This document shows, piece by piece, positions 12,723 to 26,800 of a DNA stretch of 64,000 nucleotides (within the stretch, counting starts at the first letter, position 1; the number at the start of each line of letters is the position of its first letter). The notes beneath the pieces were generated by a model that saw only the letters and a program-made list of their open reading frames with translations, ran no database searches and was not told the origin of the DNA. The translations under genes were made by a program, and so were the position numbers. Source of the DNA: Trichoplax sp. H2 (taxonomy: Eukaryota); the NCBI GenBank assembly GCA_003344405.1, contig NOWV01000019.1, positions 496,001-560,000 on the forward strand. Direction: 5' to 3'.

Positions 12723-14910
12723 AATGGATCAAGTTGTGTTGATGATCTTGGCAAAATGAAAGTTGTCTATGGCGATAGCCTTCAATTCCTACCAGATAAT
12801 GCTCTATAATGGGAAAGAAGCCAAGCTGAATAGCCACTTTGCACTCTTCTTCGCTGGATATTGGGTTGCCAACGACGATGTACCTAAAAGAGCCAAATCG
12901 GGCATGGGTTGGATCCGATCGGCTTCTACAATGTACAGTACTGCGAGTGGCCACAGTCTTTATTGAGACAAGTCGATCGCATGTTTACAACTGTTGTAAC
13001 AGACCATCGGCTGAGCAGCCACAGTATGGACATGACCGCGGACTTTTCCTTCTGGCTACAAAGTGTACTGGACTGTCATAGACTATTCCCTTTTTCTATG
13101 GTACTGTAGGGCCTGGGGCACAAAGTGATGTCACCCTCGTCCTGCTGTCCTTCCGGTTTATACTGTGATGCTTTCCGAAAAAGGGAAAAAAATCTTACTG
13201 AAACTAACGTAAAACTACTATCCTTTATAGCAATATGGAGCTGGAGAGCTAAACTATTTATACAAGTTGATAGAATTACGCTACTCGTAATACTGATTAT
13301 AAAATATCCATTTCCAAGACAAAATCGCCTACAGTACAAAGTAAAATTGTTTGCCCAAACCGGTACTGTACACTACTCGATTGCGGTTGGCGATGGACGG
13401 AAGGACGCCAAGAAGACGGGTGCCATCATCACCCTACTGTAATGAACAAACTACTGTATACTAGTGTACAGTATAGTATGACTGGGCGAGATGCCGCAGT
13501 CACAATCCTTAGCAAGTGCCACAGACTCGGATGGACGGATATTCTCGGAGCAAGATCCGATAGAGAAGGTGGTAGTGAGTGACATCAGACGTATCTTGTG
13601 GGTCTGTTTTCTTCATCACTACTACTCATTTGGAAAGATGAATATCATTTTAGAACTGCATTCAACACAATAGGATTCAATAGTGACCAATCCAGTCTCT
13701 TCCTACCGACGCCATGACCAAAAGAAGTCATCAAGTGTGAATGAGTAAAAAAGCTGTGGCCAAAATTGTCGGCCATTTTTGGTACAGTACACAGTATTAC
13801 TATCTACTGTACACGCTTGGCTTATATTGCAGTCGATGTGGCTGTCGTTGCTGCAGTCTGTAAGCAATCCATGGAAGGGATGATTGAGGAGTCTTCTACC
13901 CTGATTGTACAGTACATACCCTACAGTACCAACACTGTGCACTGTAGTGCTTGAGGACGGTCAGTTTCGCGGCAAAAATGCCCACCATCAAAGCCTCTAT
14001 GAATCCTAGTGTTTCCCTCTATCACTGATATTACCCCTGGCTGATGATTGCGTAGTCTACCTAACATTTCCACTCATCACGTTTTACATGGGTCGCACAC
14101 GTGCCATTAGACCGGACCGGACCGGACCGGACCGGACCGGACCGCTCCACAAGCCAGCAGACTATAGTACTGACAGCGAAACGTCACACAAGACCTCAAC
14201 TCAGTACTGCTGACACTGCAATAGGAATACTGCTAGTAGAGCAGAGCTTGCCATTGCTGCGGCCAGTCAAACTAAATAGGAATCGCTTGGCGGACAAGCT
14301 GACTGAAACTTATTCACATTCTGCGCAAAGTTGGTGGGTAAGTTGAATAAGAAAGTAGAATAACGTGATGTAGGATGTGGAGATCCTTTAGTATTGGCAG
14401 GAAAAGACTCAGGATCTTTCTCCTTCTTCTTGATAGAACAATTGGCATGAATTTTCTACGGGTGAAAATTCATGACATGATTGAAATTCTTTCAATTCAC
14501 TGCAAAATTCATCTCATGATGAAAGTTTCTATCAGCGCTTCATGGCTAGACCATGCAATGGAGTCAATACTGTAGACTCTTGTTGAGCCATCTTTGATGA
14601 TGGCTCAACAAGAATGGTAGTCAATCCATTAACAGCGAGATTGCTTGTATCGTCGTCATTGACTGTAGCCATTTGTAGCCATATTAAAATTGCTTCCACC
14701 ACTGGGTTACTGCGCCATGTGCGAGTCACTCCAGTCTACGTACGTCGTACGGCTCAACGACTCCACTCGATCCAAGCGACTGTTGCTAGGATCGCTTTCC
14801 TTGCAGTCATTACGGTGGATAGGTTGAATAATAGCGTAGATGGAAGGCTTTAATGCAGTCTAAGTTTGTTCTTTCAACTCCAATTTCTTCTATTATCCTT
14901 CACAGAAAGC
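12723..14910. promoter_or_regulatory. Divergent promoter/5' UTR region between ZC3H15 and PA2G4
   Basis: About 2.2 kb between head-to-head start codons, visibly more GC-rich than the introns, with many TACAGTA/TACTGTA words. Transcription start sites not located. Confidence 0.6.
14110..14144. repeat. (GACCG)7 pentanucleotide microsatellite
   Basis: Perfect run gaccggaccgg...accg read directly. Confidence 0.95.
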
Positions 14911-17900
14911 ATGGCAGATAGGAAAGGGGAAGAATCGAGTGAAGAAGAGCCTACCATCGCCGAAGATGTCGTTGTCACCAAGTACAAAATGGCTGGTGAT
15001 ATGGCCAATCGTAAGTAGACAAGCTGTATTGACCTTAAAAGATCATATCATTTCGTATCGAAATAAGATTGCACTTGGACGCCAAATCATTCTACTTTGC
15101 TACCATCATCCAATTTCGCTACGCTAGCCTAGTGGATTGTACTGGAAAGGAGGCTGTGATGTTCCCATTAGTATATTCAATTCATTGTCATACAGCAGCC
15201 GGGAATGATAATCGTCAAGGCATGCTCACCTTGGATATGCTCAATTCTTCAAATATCATACACTAAAGCAAGTTATTCAGCCAGTTGTCTCCATCATCAT
15301 AACTGGTAGAACCGTTTCACTAGGTTACAATAAATCAGAAGTAGTGATGAAACGATGACACTCGTGGTTGTCTCCATCATCATAACTGGTAGAACCGTTT
15401 CAGTAGGTTACAATAAATCAAAAGTAGTGATGAAACGATAACACTCGTGGTTGTCTCCATCATCATAACTGGTAGAACCGTTTCACTAGGTTACAATAAA
15501 TCAAAAGTGAAACGATTACACTCGTGCTTTTATTGCTTGTGTCTTTTCCGAAATTGTTTCAACATAGTAATCTGCGTAATTCATTAAATATTAATTCACT
15601 CTACATGCAGTCAGAACCATGTCAAATGCAAAGTATCAATAGAAAAGAAAATAGCGGGTTATCCGATTGTCTTAGTAACGGAATGGTGGATTGACATTAA
15701 ACGTTAAAAGTAATTTGCTTTGAAAATATTCCATGCTGATAGTATGCATTATTCCAATTTGATAGGTATATTAGGCATACTGATCGACAACGCTACTGTT
15801 GGTGCCACTGCTAAAAGTTTATGTGAAATGGGAGATAAAATGATTTTGGAAGAGACCAGTAAAGTATACAAGAAGGAGAAAGAGCTCAAGAAGGGTAAGC
15901 TGAGCATAATTGTTGACCACACTTTCAAAATACATAGGTGTGTACACGTTACTGGAATAAATAAACAGTCTTAGCTACTAGGTAATGGAAAATAATGGAT
16001 GACTGTTGAAATCATAGCTAAAATCACGACGTTATAATAAGATTAATTGAAGATAGAGCAGCTTTGAGTTGAATAGTTTACTAAAAATAATTCTGAGAAT
16101 GCTTTTTCACCTTATTATTGGGTATTGAGTATAATGGAATTGATTAAATGAAAGAAATCGAAAATGATCATCTTCATTTTATTAGGTATTGCTTTCCCTA
16201 CGTGTGTATCGGTCAACCATTGCATCTGCCATTTTAGTCCCCTTAATAGTGACCCTGAATTAGAATTGAATGATGGTGATGTTGTGAAATTGTAAGTTGA
16301 TTACTGTGCTAAAGGTCCGTTCATAGGTTGCGGCACGGTACTTTGTCAGCTCATCAGACATGGTCTCATCTTAGCCATAAACTAAGGATTGTCTACGTTC
16401 TTTTGACGGGCAAAGTACATCGCCCCATCATATGAACAAGTCTTAAGACAGCAACATAGAAACTGCAAACTTAATATAGTGCTTGTAGTATACGATATAT
16501 GCTAATTATGTGATAGTGATTACCCTAATTAAAGGGTTGCTATTAGATAAAAAATTGAACAGGAACACAATTGCTTGCATCTCCAAAGTGATTTAGGCGT
16601 TCATATTGATGGATTTATCGCGGTTGTTGGTCATACAATTGTTGTTGGCTCATCCAAAGTAAGTAAATTGGATCGATACACTAAAATCCATCCAATGTTG
16701 TGAACCTGATTTTTGGCGCGTATGACATCATGATAATGTAAATTCTTATCACCGACTATAGGAGAAAAAAGTTTCCGGTCGTAAAGCAGATGTTATCGTG
16801 GCTGCTTACACTGCTGCGGAAGCAGCTTTAAGGCTAGTCAAACCTGGCAATGAGGTAATTAACGTTTGCATTGCGCAGTAGAAATTGGCCGACGAAATTG
16901 CTAGTACTTCATGATTCTGATAACTTTTTGTTTAAAATTGTAGAACCAAGTTGTAACCGACGCAATTCAAAAAGTAGCCGAATCTTTCGAATGTAAGCCT
17001 ATCGAAGGTATGTACCGTAAAAGAGAATTAAAAATAAACAATTATGAAACTGTTTAAGGATCGTCAATTTTAAAAAGTGTTCTGTAATTCAATTTTAGCA
17101 GTGCTAGAAAAGTGTCACAGATTAACTTGGTAATTGCTTTTAATGTTTCTAATGCAGGAATGATGTCCCATCAATTAAAAAAATATGTTATAGATGGAGA
17201 AAAGTCGATAATTCTAAATCCATCGGAAGCTCAAAGGTATTGCTAATTTAAGCTTTGAAAGTTCTTGAATATGTAGGAATAGATGCATGCAATATATGTA
17301 AAGGCTAATAGAAGTATAATCCGTTTTACGTAATATGTAGGAAAGAGCATGAAACGTGTGAGTTTGAAGTAAATGAAGTTTACACTGTTGATGTCCTAAT
17401 AAGTACTGCTGATGGAAAGGTATATGGATAAAGGATGAATAATATCGCGAAAGAATATATTGTAACGTTTGGATATGCTTGATGATTGTTTTAGAGTAAA
17501 GAAATGGATAATAGAACAACTGTATATAAAAAAACCAACTTACAGTACAGCCTAAAAATGAAAGCATCAAGAGGTAATAGAGAGTGCTGTTTTATAATAG
17601 CGGTTTACGTGTACATACGCAAGCTGCCTGTTACTGGCTCAAGTTATATCACCGTCTTTAAAGTTGATGGAAACGATGAATAATCCTTTGAGCTTTCTCA
17701 CGATTTCTTGCTTATGAATTTTAGTTTTCTTCAGTGAAGTATCAAACAAATTTACGGCTATGCCTTTTACTCTTAGGTACGTTCTGTAGGGTGTATTTGT
17801 TGTAGTAATACTATTTATGTTACTACTGTAGTCGTTCATCTGCTCGATACTGTACGATTGCTAGTAATTGAAAGCAATGCATAAAATTTTATTTTCTCAA

Positions 17901-18636
17901 GTTGTTCAGTTGATGATATTCTATTGGGTGCGGTTTTGATTAGAGCTTTTGACGACGAAACAAAGGCGCGTATGGGTGTCGTAGAATGCGTCAAGCATGG
18001 CTTGTTGGAACCGTTCAATGTATTGTGGGAGAAGGAAGGTAGTACTCTTTCTGATAAAATAGTTGTTTTTGTCTGTTGGGTCGGCATGGATTATATGAAG
18101 TCAACAACTAATACGACTTTTCATTATTTACGTTTACCACAGGTGACTTTGTCGCTCAGTTTAAATTCACGGTTCTGCTGATGCCTAGTGGGCCAATGAG
18201 GTGGTTATAGTTTCCTTTGTGTTCGATGGTTACATAATTAACATTGCACTGTATTAAGAGAGCTTTCCAGTGTACTTCTTAATGATTGAATGTATTTTGT
18301 ATGCTTGTAGAATTACTGGTGGCACTTTCGATCCAGAAGTGTACGAATCAGAACATGTTGTTAAAGATGAAGAAATCAAGGTATATTTTGTCTACAAATT
18401 TAGCTTTATACCACGACTAGGATACTTATATAAACTATTTTATTTCAGTCATTATTATCTCAGTCTGCGAGTCGTAAGGGGAAGAAGAAAAAGAAGAAGG
18501 TGAGAATCTTTAAGTTCTACATATAGATTAGACATCGATTTCCATCGCTCCGGTTCGATTTGTTAGGACTCAGAAACACATTAATTGTACACTTCCATAT
18601 TAGGCTACAAAAGGCGGTAACGCCAGCGAATCCTGA
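14911..18636 (+). CDS. PA2G4: Proliferation-associated protein 2G4 (EBP1), multi-exon
   Basis: [88 protein letters not shown], Lys-rich [12 protein letters not shown]; last exon 18604-18636 ends in TGA. Confidence 0.96.
15284..15526. repeat. 83-bp tandem repeat, 3 near-identical copies, PA2G4 intron 1
   Basis: Unit gttgtctccatcatcataactggtagaaccg...cactcgtg starts at 15284, 15367 and 15450; the third copy has a short deletion. Confidence 0.95.
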
Positions 18637-19706
18637 ATATCGAATTTGCTGAAAGTGATTGATAGGACATGTGAAGCACAACTTGTCGCATGGCTTTTCA
18701 ACCTGGTGTTAAAAGCAACGAATTTATTTCATTTTGTAGATGGTATTATTAGTATTATTTGAAGTTAGTAAAGTTCTCGTATTGGACCTGTACCACATCT
18801 ACAAAGATTGCTTTCGAATAAAACTGTAAACAATTCTAACGGGTAGTTGTTGTGTAACCATGCTTGTCTTTTCCTTGTCTTGCTAATGATATAATGAAGT
18901 ATAATGGTGATCAAAGTTCTGTATGAAGATGATGCACGAAATAGTCGTTTTGTGTTAACAATACTGTAGTTTGATACTTGTTTTGAATCCATGGGCATGC
19001 AGTTTTCGACTAGGCCTAGCAAAACTATTTCGTGCATAAACTTGTGATACCTATTGCACTGTACGTATTGAAATGGCCATGATCCATTGTAAAGTGTAAA
19101 TGGCACTTTTGGGTAGAGAGTAAAACTGTGAGTGTACAGTATAGCTCCCTCCCTAAACATCGTGTGCGAGTTTCTGAGCTACCCTACATGAGAGAAATTT
19201 CTGTCTAGATTGGCCAAAGTAGCACGTTTAAGGCAACGGTTTAATAAAGATGATAGAGTGGGAATATCCTTATATAATGCCATCAACTTTCGCCAAATTC
19301 TGAATCGATATAGGACGTGGACATGTAGCTCCTCTGCCATGACCACCTACTATCGATAGCACCGCGCACTTTAAATGGCTTTCGATGACAAGAGTTTGCA
19401 CTCGGTGTTTTAGCGGTGATGGAATGACGTAGTCGTCCTATACACGGACTCTATGGTGGTACTCTATGCAGTGGGTGTGCGCCATACTGTACGGTAGAAA
19501 GCCAATTGATAATCAATGGATTGATTACAAATAGATGCGCGCTGTCAAATTAATCGTTAGACTAGCTGGCGCTATTGCCACTTTTCCCTTCAAATCGACG
19601 CATAAACTTGCCAAGAAGAGATTGGCTGTGAAAGACAGCAAGGAAAAGTTGCAAGTCCAAGGGTCTACGGTTGGCCGAGTTGTTTTTTTACTAACTATCG
19701 CATGCG

Positions 19707-22553
19707 ATGGATTTGATGGAATCAACCGCGTGTACAGCAACGAGTATTCAATCCATTCCATTAAGCATGGAGTTACCATGTGAGCCACAAGTGATCCAGG
19801 AGGTAACATGTACAAGTTCTAGCCCCAAAATGATGATGGATGAAAACGATGCACAGGAATGCCACGAGAGCGATTCAGTTGAGTCATTACCTAGTGAAAA
19901 TAAAGAGAGTGAAATGGACGACAGTAGCCAATTAGCTGTTGATGCCAGCTTAGAGCACGATGAAAGTATGGTGGTGTATCCTTTCGATGGATTTGAGTCC
20001 AAATTAGTCAACGTGCTAACTCAAAATCGCTTGACTAGGAAACATCAATCAGTCTGCCTTGCTTGCCAAACGGACTATTCAACATGGTCTAATCTAGCAT
20101 GGCGCTATCCTAATTTAAAATTAGAATATCAGTATGATATCAAGTTAGGCTACGGTGAAATTTGGTTTCATGCGCCATTGCCTTCAGCTTTATATCGTAA
20201 ATTGATCAATTACTTTGGCTATACATTAGTCAGTAGAATTTGCCACAAGAATATCTCTCTCAATCGCTTCCGATATTATGGCGTTGGACCTTGCGATATT
20301 CTCGTCCATGGACAGCCAGATAAATTGAAAACGAGATGGCCTGATCGAGGTTTCGAACCAATTGGTTTAAAGGTTGGAGTAAATCGAGTTCTACCGCGAT
20401 CAGTTCGCCCGCATACATTCGAACGTTATGGTACAACACCATTGCCCACCTTAGTCTTGGAAATTGCCTATTCCCTTGAAAATGAAGATAGTTTGATCCA
20501 GGAATTAATGAATTGGGTCCATCATTCTTCCGTTCAAATTGCTGTTGGCATTGTGGTCATCAAACCTGATGATGATACTATGATATGGCCAATGAATGCA
20601 TACGTTGTCAGAAATACCACAAAAGCATTGGAAAAATTTTCAACCTTGGATCCTGCTCATTCCATCATGCAATTCAAGATAGAAGATCTTTTTTATGGAA
20701 TGGATCTGCCTTTCTGTGATGAGGTAAGCTGTGATCGTCTTCCCTAGAACTACTTTCCTACAGGTCCACAGCGAGTGATAATAATCAACATGTACACAGT
20801 ACAGTAGAGCGCATTAGTCATAAATATTGGCTACAAAAATCGAACGAGTTATCCTAGGAGAATGCTATGCATCGTTAATCGACTGACTTTGAACGCACTG
20901 TGCACGTGAAGACATTTAGAAATTGTAAAACATCAACTACTTTTGAGATTGATTACAAAAAATTCATATCATAAAATAAACTTTACGCGCTATAAAGTAA
21001 CGCTAATTGCTACGAATTTATTCACAAATGATGAATGTGGTAAAATGTGCGTTAGGATGCGCTAATGAGTAACGTTAATATAATCGCTACAAGTTTACTT
21101 GCAAAAGATGAAAATCGAAAACGACCGGCATACGTTGTTCGCTGTGGCTAGTCAGTCGCTACGACCTTACTGTAAATACGAGTGTGATTATATCAACTAG
21201 TGATGACTAACTGCTACTCACTAATGACAAAAAATGAATGTCAGAAAGCGAACAACAAGCGTTGTTGGCCAGCTGCCACGAGCTGATTCCAAAAATGTAA
21301 ATACGGCATACTGTTAGTCGACACGAGTCGGATAATAGGATTAGCAGATGACTTAAAAGTATCTGTACTTTATTAACGCAAGCTAAGCATGATAGCAAAA
21401 TTTTCTTACCGTCGCTTGTGCAAGTTTACTTCATTAATTGAGTCTAATAATAAAGATGCTTTTTAATTATAACACGGTATACATACTTTGCATATAGAAG
21501 TATGGACTACGAAAAGGAAGCAAAACTCTCTTGCCTTTCCTTTCTGTAGTCCCTGAACTAGTATCGTTTTCCACAGCTCGGTTTTGTGCTAATGGATAGT
21601 AAGAGATCTAAACGTTAGGATAGTTGCGCATGGGTTACTCTTGAAGCTTGAGTCGATAGCGTGATTTCAATTAAAGCTAACATCTCGTCTTGAGCCAGCG
21701 ATATTGCTAATGATGCTGCAGCTCATGAGTGAACATCAATGATGCCAATTTAGTAATCCATGAATGAAATCATAGGCGCATATATCGATACCTCCTAAGG
21801 TGCCTGTTATGACTACTACATAGCATTTGCGGCTCGTAACTGCTAGTAGTATTTAGAATTAATGGGTAATTTGCAGCTGATTGTAACTCATGCAAAAACT
21901 TTACTGTAGTTTAACGCTGCAAGTAATGCAAATACAAATGCCTCGTACCCTTTATACTGTATTGGCTTATTAAAGAATAAAATCGAATGGCATTAGGTCT
22001 GTATTTGCTATTACTGCAAAGTAAAATGATGAACAGCTAAATGCGGGTTTAGGAGCATTCTATGCGGCAATGGCATGAAGATGGTAGGAGCCGTGGTTGA
22101 ATAATAAATATTATTACGAGTATTGCTCAACCCTCACTTTAATAAGGAACGAACTTAAAATTACACTTGTATATTGTACAAGGTCAGGTTTAGTTTGAAA
22201 CTTAATAATCGTTCTCTATGTGTACCTTCAACTTGTCAGATGCTAAAATTATAGTAACTGTTCATATCACAGACTTGAAACTTTAATTTGCTATATAGTT
22301 TTTCTATGCAGGTATAGTACTTCAACATGATTAATTAAATCCTCTTCTAAATTTTTATTGTATTGATCAATGATGATGATTATAGGAGGAAAAAATTGAA
22401 ATTGACTTAATTCATGATATCCAGCTACTATGTTGTGATAGCATGGAAGATGATGTGATCGTACCACAGCCTCTCAAGAAATTACGTCTGGAATCATTGG
22501 ATACTTCACCCTCAAGTGCATCTAAATCTGTCCTATCCAGTTGTGATCAATAA
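19707..22553 (+). CDS. Uma2/DUF820-like PD-(D/E)xK endonuclease-fold protein with acidic N-terminus; 2 exons, about 394 aa
   Basis: Exon 1 19707-20723 (donor GAG|gtaagc) and exon 2 22386-22553 (tatag|GAG..TAA) join in phase 0. Motifs RWPDRGF, PLPTLVLEIAYS, SSVQIAVGI, EDLFYG..IEIDL. Family assigned by motif recognition only. Confidence 0.7.
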
Positions 22554-23823
22554 ATTTCTTTTCTGCCGCCGGTTATGTCATTACTCTCTTCAGTTCAGTA
22601 ATTGCTTTTGTAGTTTTATATGTAGAAATCAATGGTAGCTTGTAATTATAAAAAAAGATAGTCTGTGTAATATTGTTGCAAGCCAATATCAGTCAGGCTG
22701 TTACTCCTTTAAGGACATTTTTATTAATTTGACGTTCGAGTTGTATTATCTAATCTAGTTATATCCCATTCAAAGTTGACAAATTTAATGTTCTATTCAT
22801 TCAGTTAGCATTTTAAATCTTTTATTGCAGACTTAAAATTGGTGATAGTGACAGCAATGATGCTTTAATTCAATGGCCTCACCTTGACGGCAAGAAAAAA
22901 AGTTACAGCATGTTAACAAACTTCGTTCATAGCTATAGTTACTTGAATTTCTTATATTTTCTTGTTCTACATTTATAACAACGATTTGACATCCATTGCA
23001 CAAGACGTGATGATCACTCTATAGAATAAATAAAAAGAGATGTTGCAAGTATAATTGTGCTATGTAATTACACTTTCAATTTATACGACACTTATTAACA
23101 TGCTAGCTGACAAATAATATTTTCAGTAAGTATGGAAAATAGTTGTCAAAAGTTCAATTTTACTAGCGTTAATGTACAACGACGACGTTAATTCATGGAA
23201 GGCAGACATCAAATTAAATTCGACCATAAATACGATCAAATCTTCTTTTAACTATGCACCATTTCAATATTGATTATCGTCATAAGAATCTTTAGAAAGT
23301 CGATAAAGGGCTAAAGCAGTAAATTGCATGATAAAATTGTTTAAACAGCAAATTATCCACAAGAATATTTTCAGTATAGGACATAAGCTTATAAATTCGT
23401 CTGCAACAATATTATTTCTCTAAAAAAGGAGATCGGTAAGAATTAAAATGGCATTATAAGAATGTAACTACGGAGGTAAAGCTAACATTTGTTCTCTATA
23501 TCCTGAATGAAATGATAATTGCCCTTGAAAAGAGGATATTTAAAGTTTCAAGAGTATACATACAGTGTACTACTATAAGGACACGCAGATATACGAAAAG
23601 CAATTATATTACAGAAGCATGCATTTTAGAGGTAACTTACCTAATGCTAGTAGAACATTTGCTCATTTTTTATAATTTAACGATAATAAAAATTTTCGTA
23701 TGTTAAATAACTATAGAATATTTGTGTAATCGGTAACTCTAGTATCAGTTAGGCAATAAGCTTTAACATCGATCGAAGGAATAGGTTTGAAGTCAGATCA
23801 ATTGATACCGTAGTAGATTAAAA

Positions 23824-26800
23824 TTAAGTAGTAGTGGGTGCTTTCCAATTACATTTTCTTCCAGTTTCATAGCATGCAATTAACTTTTGCCTGAAATTAC
23901 CCATTTTAATAGTATTGGTATATTTATCATACAAATCGAGAGCAGTGACAGCATCTTCAATGCTATCATGAGTTTCCGTCTGAATATTACGATTCAAAAA
24001 ATACCACGCTAGGAACCGTAGGGACAAATAACGTTGTCGTTCAAGATGGTATATTTCCACCGTATCGATAACTTGCTCATTAGGTACCTATTTTGACATT
24101 AGGATAGGCGGCATTTGATATAATTTTAATACTACATACATGAAGTATTAGTTATGGAAGTGAACGCTTTTAATTACAACGCTTGATCAACTTACTTTAA
24201 TATTGATAACCCTAAAATCTTTACGCAAGCCATGTCCAACAAATATTACACCTCTATCAATGAGACAGAGTAATTTTCGATAGCTCGCCTTCAAAGTGGT
24301 GAGATACTTGGTTGATACCATCGGATCTAAGTCTCCAGGGCGAATACCAGAAAATTCAGTGAGGTAATCGACAACCTGTGGAGAAAATGTTGGCAATAAG
24401 CTATGATTGCTACCGGAATAAATCTGATATAATATACAATAAATGTTCAGAAAATCATCGATATCGTAATAATTAAGATATTTATAGTAATCTATTTTTG
24501 GTATCATAGGTGCATTATGGAGAACTTTCAACGAAATGTATTAGTATCAATAAATAACATGACAAACCTGTTCGCTTGTTGAAATATAATCATCAATAAA
24601 AGCTGTTCCACGTTTCGGTCCTGATCCGTAAATGACCGAAATTCTAGCTACACTCATTTGACTTGGTTTTATAGTTGATCTTGTACCATCAGAATGAATT
24701 TCAGCTTCGTCCTATCCATACGTAACAAGCAATTTTTTATTGGTGTTTTAAAGTATTTATCAGTGACTATATGTGATAACTAGCAATAAAATTAGGAAAA
24801 TTATCATTCGTAATGTCTACATTAATGTTGACCTGATTTAATGATACAAATTCAGTATCAAGGCCGACGAGATCTCCTTTGCCTGGTAGGTCTTCCTCTA
24901 GCGGCGTTACAAACGAAGACGTACTGATTTCGGGATTTTTATTTAGTGATTTATCCGCAAGGATGATCTGAGGGTCGTCACGTAGGTGTACTAATTGTAA
25001 AATTAAAGGGAAATTTGCGACTTTGAGTTAAGTAAGAAGAATTTTTCACAGAAAAATTGATCCATATTTTACCTCCACCTTCGAAATTTTGAAATACGCT
25101 AGCTTTAATAAAATATAAAATACAAGGTATTTGCCAATCAAGACTAAAGCTTGAGGAATCGACCTAATCAATGGTGAATAATTATCCAGGTCAGGAATTG
25201 TTAATTGTTCGTTATTGAATTGACTTGCAAAATGAAAATATTTGATACCGGCGGGATAGGCGTGATAGAGAAATCATTGATGAGATACCAAGTCGTGTGC
25301 CGTACGCCCTAATGCAGCAGTGGAGAGTTTAACTTAAAAAAAACAAACTTTCATTGTGTAGTCACAGAGCATGTTTACCTCCTTTAATTCGTGATATTCA
25401 GGGCCTACTCTAACGTGAGCAATTAAATTACCGCCAACGTAGTCATTCTTAATTTGACAAATATTAGCAAACAAATAATAGATGTTGCTCTCATCTTCCG
25501 GTTCTGTTTCTTTCTGTTAGGAAAATGCGTGATAAAGGAATATTCAGAGTTTATAAGTTTTGACTTGAACTTTGTAATAATAGTACTAAAATCATGTTAG
25601 TATATTAAAATCATGGGGTATCTGGTCTCTCTTCAACCATACTTTGGAGTCGATTGTGTTCATAACTAGTTCGTCATCTACGATCTGAGCCTGGATTTTA
25701 TTGGGTAGCCAGTGCCTGCTAGGTTAAATCATGTAGAATAATAGTAAACATACCGGAATCGATAATTCATTATGAGCTCTATTGTGTTCAGCCTTTACTG
25801 CTAACTTATCATCAGCTATTTCAAATGTGCAGTAGCAGTTACTTAAGTAATATACATTTTAAATATCCTTCTCCTAATAAGACTTCCTGTAAGAAGTACC
25901 AACAATCAAATAACGGTGAATTCAGATCATAATAAAATATATCTATGATGTCTTACCGAGGTACTTCTTCAGCGCTATCGCCTTCTTGGGTAACTTTCCG
26001 ATTATTCCATACCTGTATACAACAATATCAGATACATAGTTGAAACCTAATATGGCATATTCTGTCGTTAAGTATTAAAATTACAGCTACCATGTCCTGA
26101 TATTTCCAAAAGTGAATGCCTTCTTCATTATCAACTTGGCAATTAATTGCAAGTATATCAGGCAGATTTTTAACTAATCTTGTTTGAGTGCTTGGTTGAT
26201 ATTTCTGACATCGTTCGCACCAAGCAAAAACATTTTGTGTTTTTGACATACTAGATAGTAGGACTGAGCAAAAGGAATGGGTTTCTATTTCATTGGAATT
26301 AGCCTGCTTGTCTTTATTGGGTTGCGATGATTTACTTGGATAAGTAAGTGTATAAAGTAATGTAGAAGATGTTCTAACATCTTTATTTTCACAGCCGCAT
26401 TTGGTAATAATTTCCAATTTACTTTCATACAACTTCAAGAACCACGCTCCATCATTGTCTGTAGCTTCAGACTTGTCATCTTTTTTGTAGGTGTCTCTAG
26501 ATAGCTGTTGTAATACAAACAGATGCCAACTTTGAATTAGATGTGCTAAATTTGCATTTTTATAAGCTTCTTCGGTGTCCGGCAATATCAAGCCTAATCC
26601 AGCGGCTTCAGGTATTGCTCGAAATGCACGAAGAAAGTTATTAGCCTAGAATGGAATCAAATCCTCGTTATGTTACGGTCGATAATTAAGATAATCGCTA
26701 AATTCAAGACTAAGAATCAACCTGGCATGGCTGTCCTTTCGAATAATCTAACATTCGGAAAAGAAATCCTAATTCACACGCGAAACAAGGCTCTTTGTCG

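Noticed and set aside
12571-14853. Many short overlapping ORFs between ZC3H15 and PA2G4
   Set aside because: No recognisable motifs; expected by chance in more GC-rich promoter and UTR sequence.
15284-15526. 83-bp repeat as a C/D snoRNA cluster
   Set aside because: GTGATGA occurs, but there is no appropriately placed CTGA D box or terminal stem.
19707-20747. Bacterial contamination as the source of the nuclease ORF
   Set aside because: It is flanked by intron-containing animal genes and has its own in-phase GT-AG intron and second exon.
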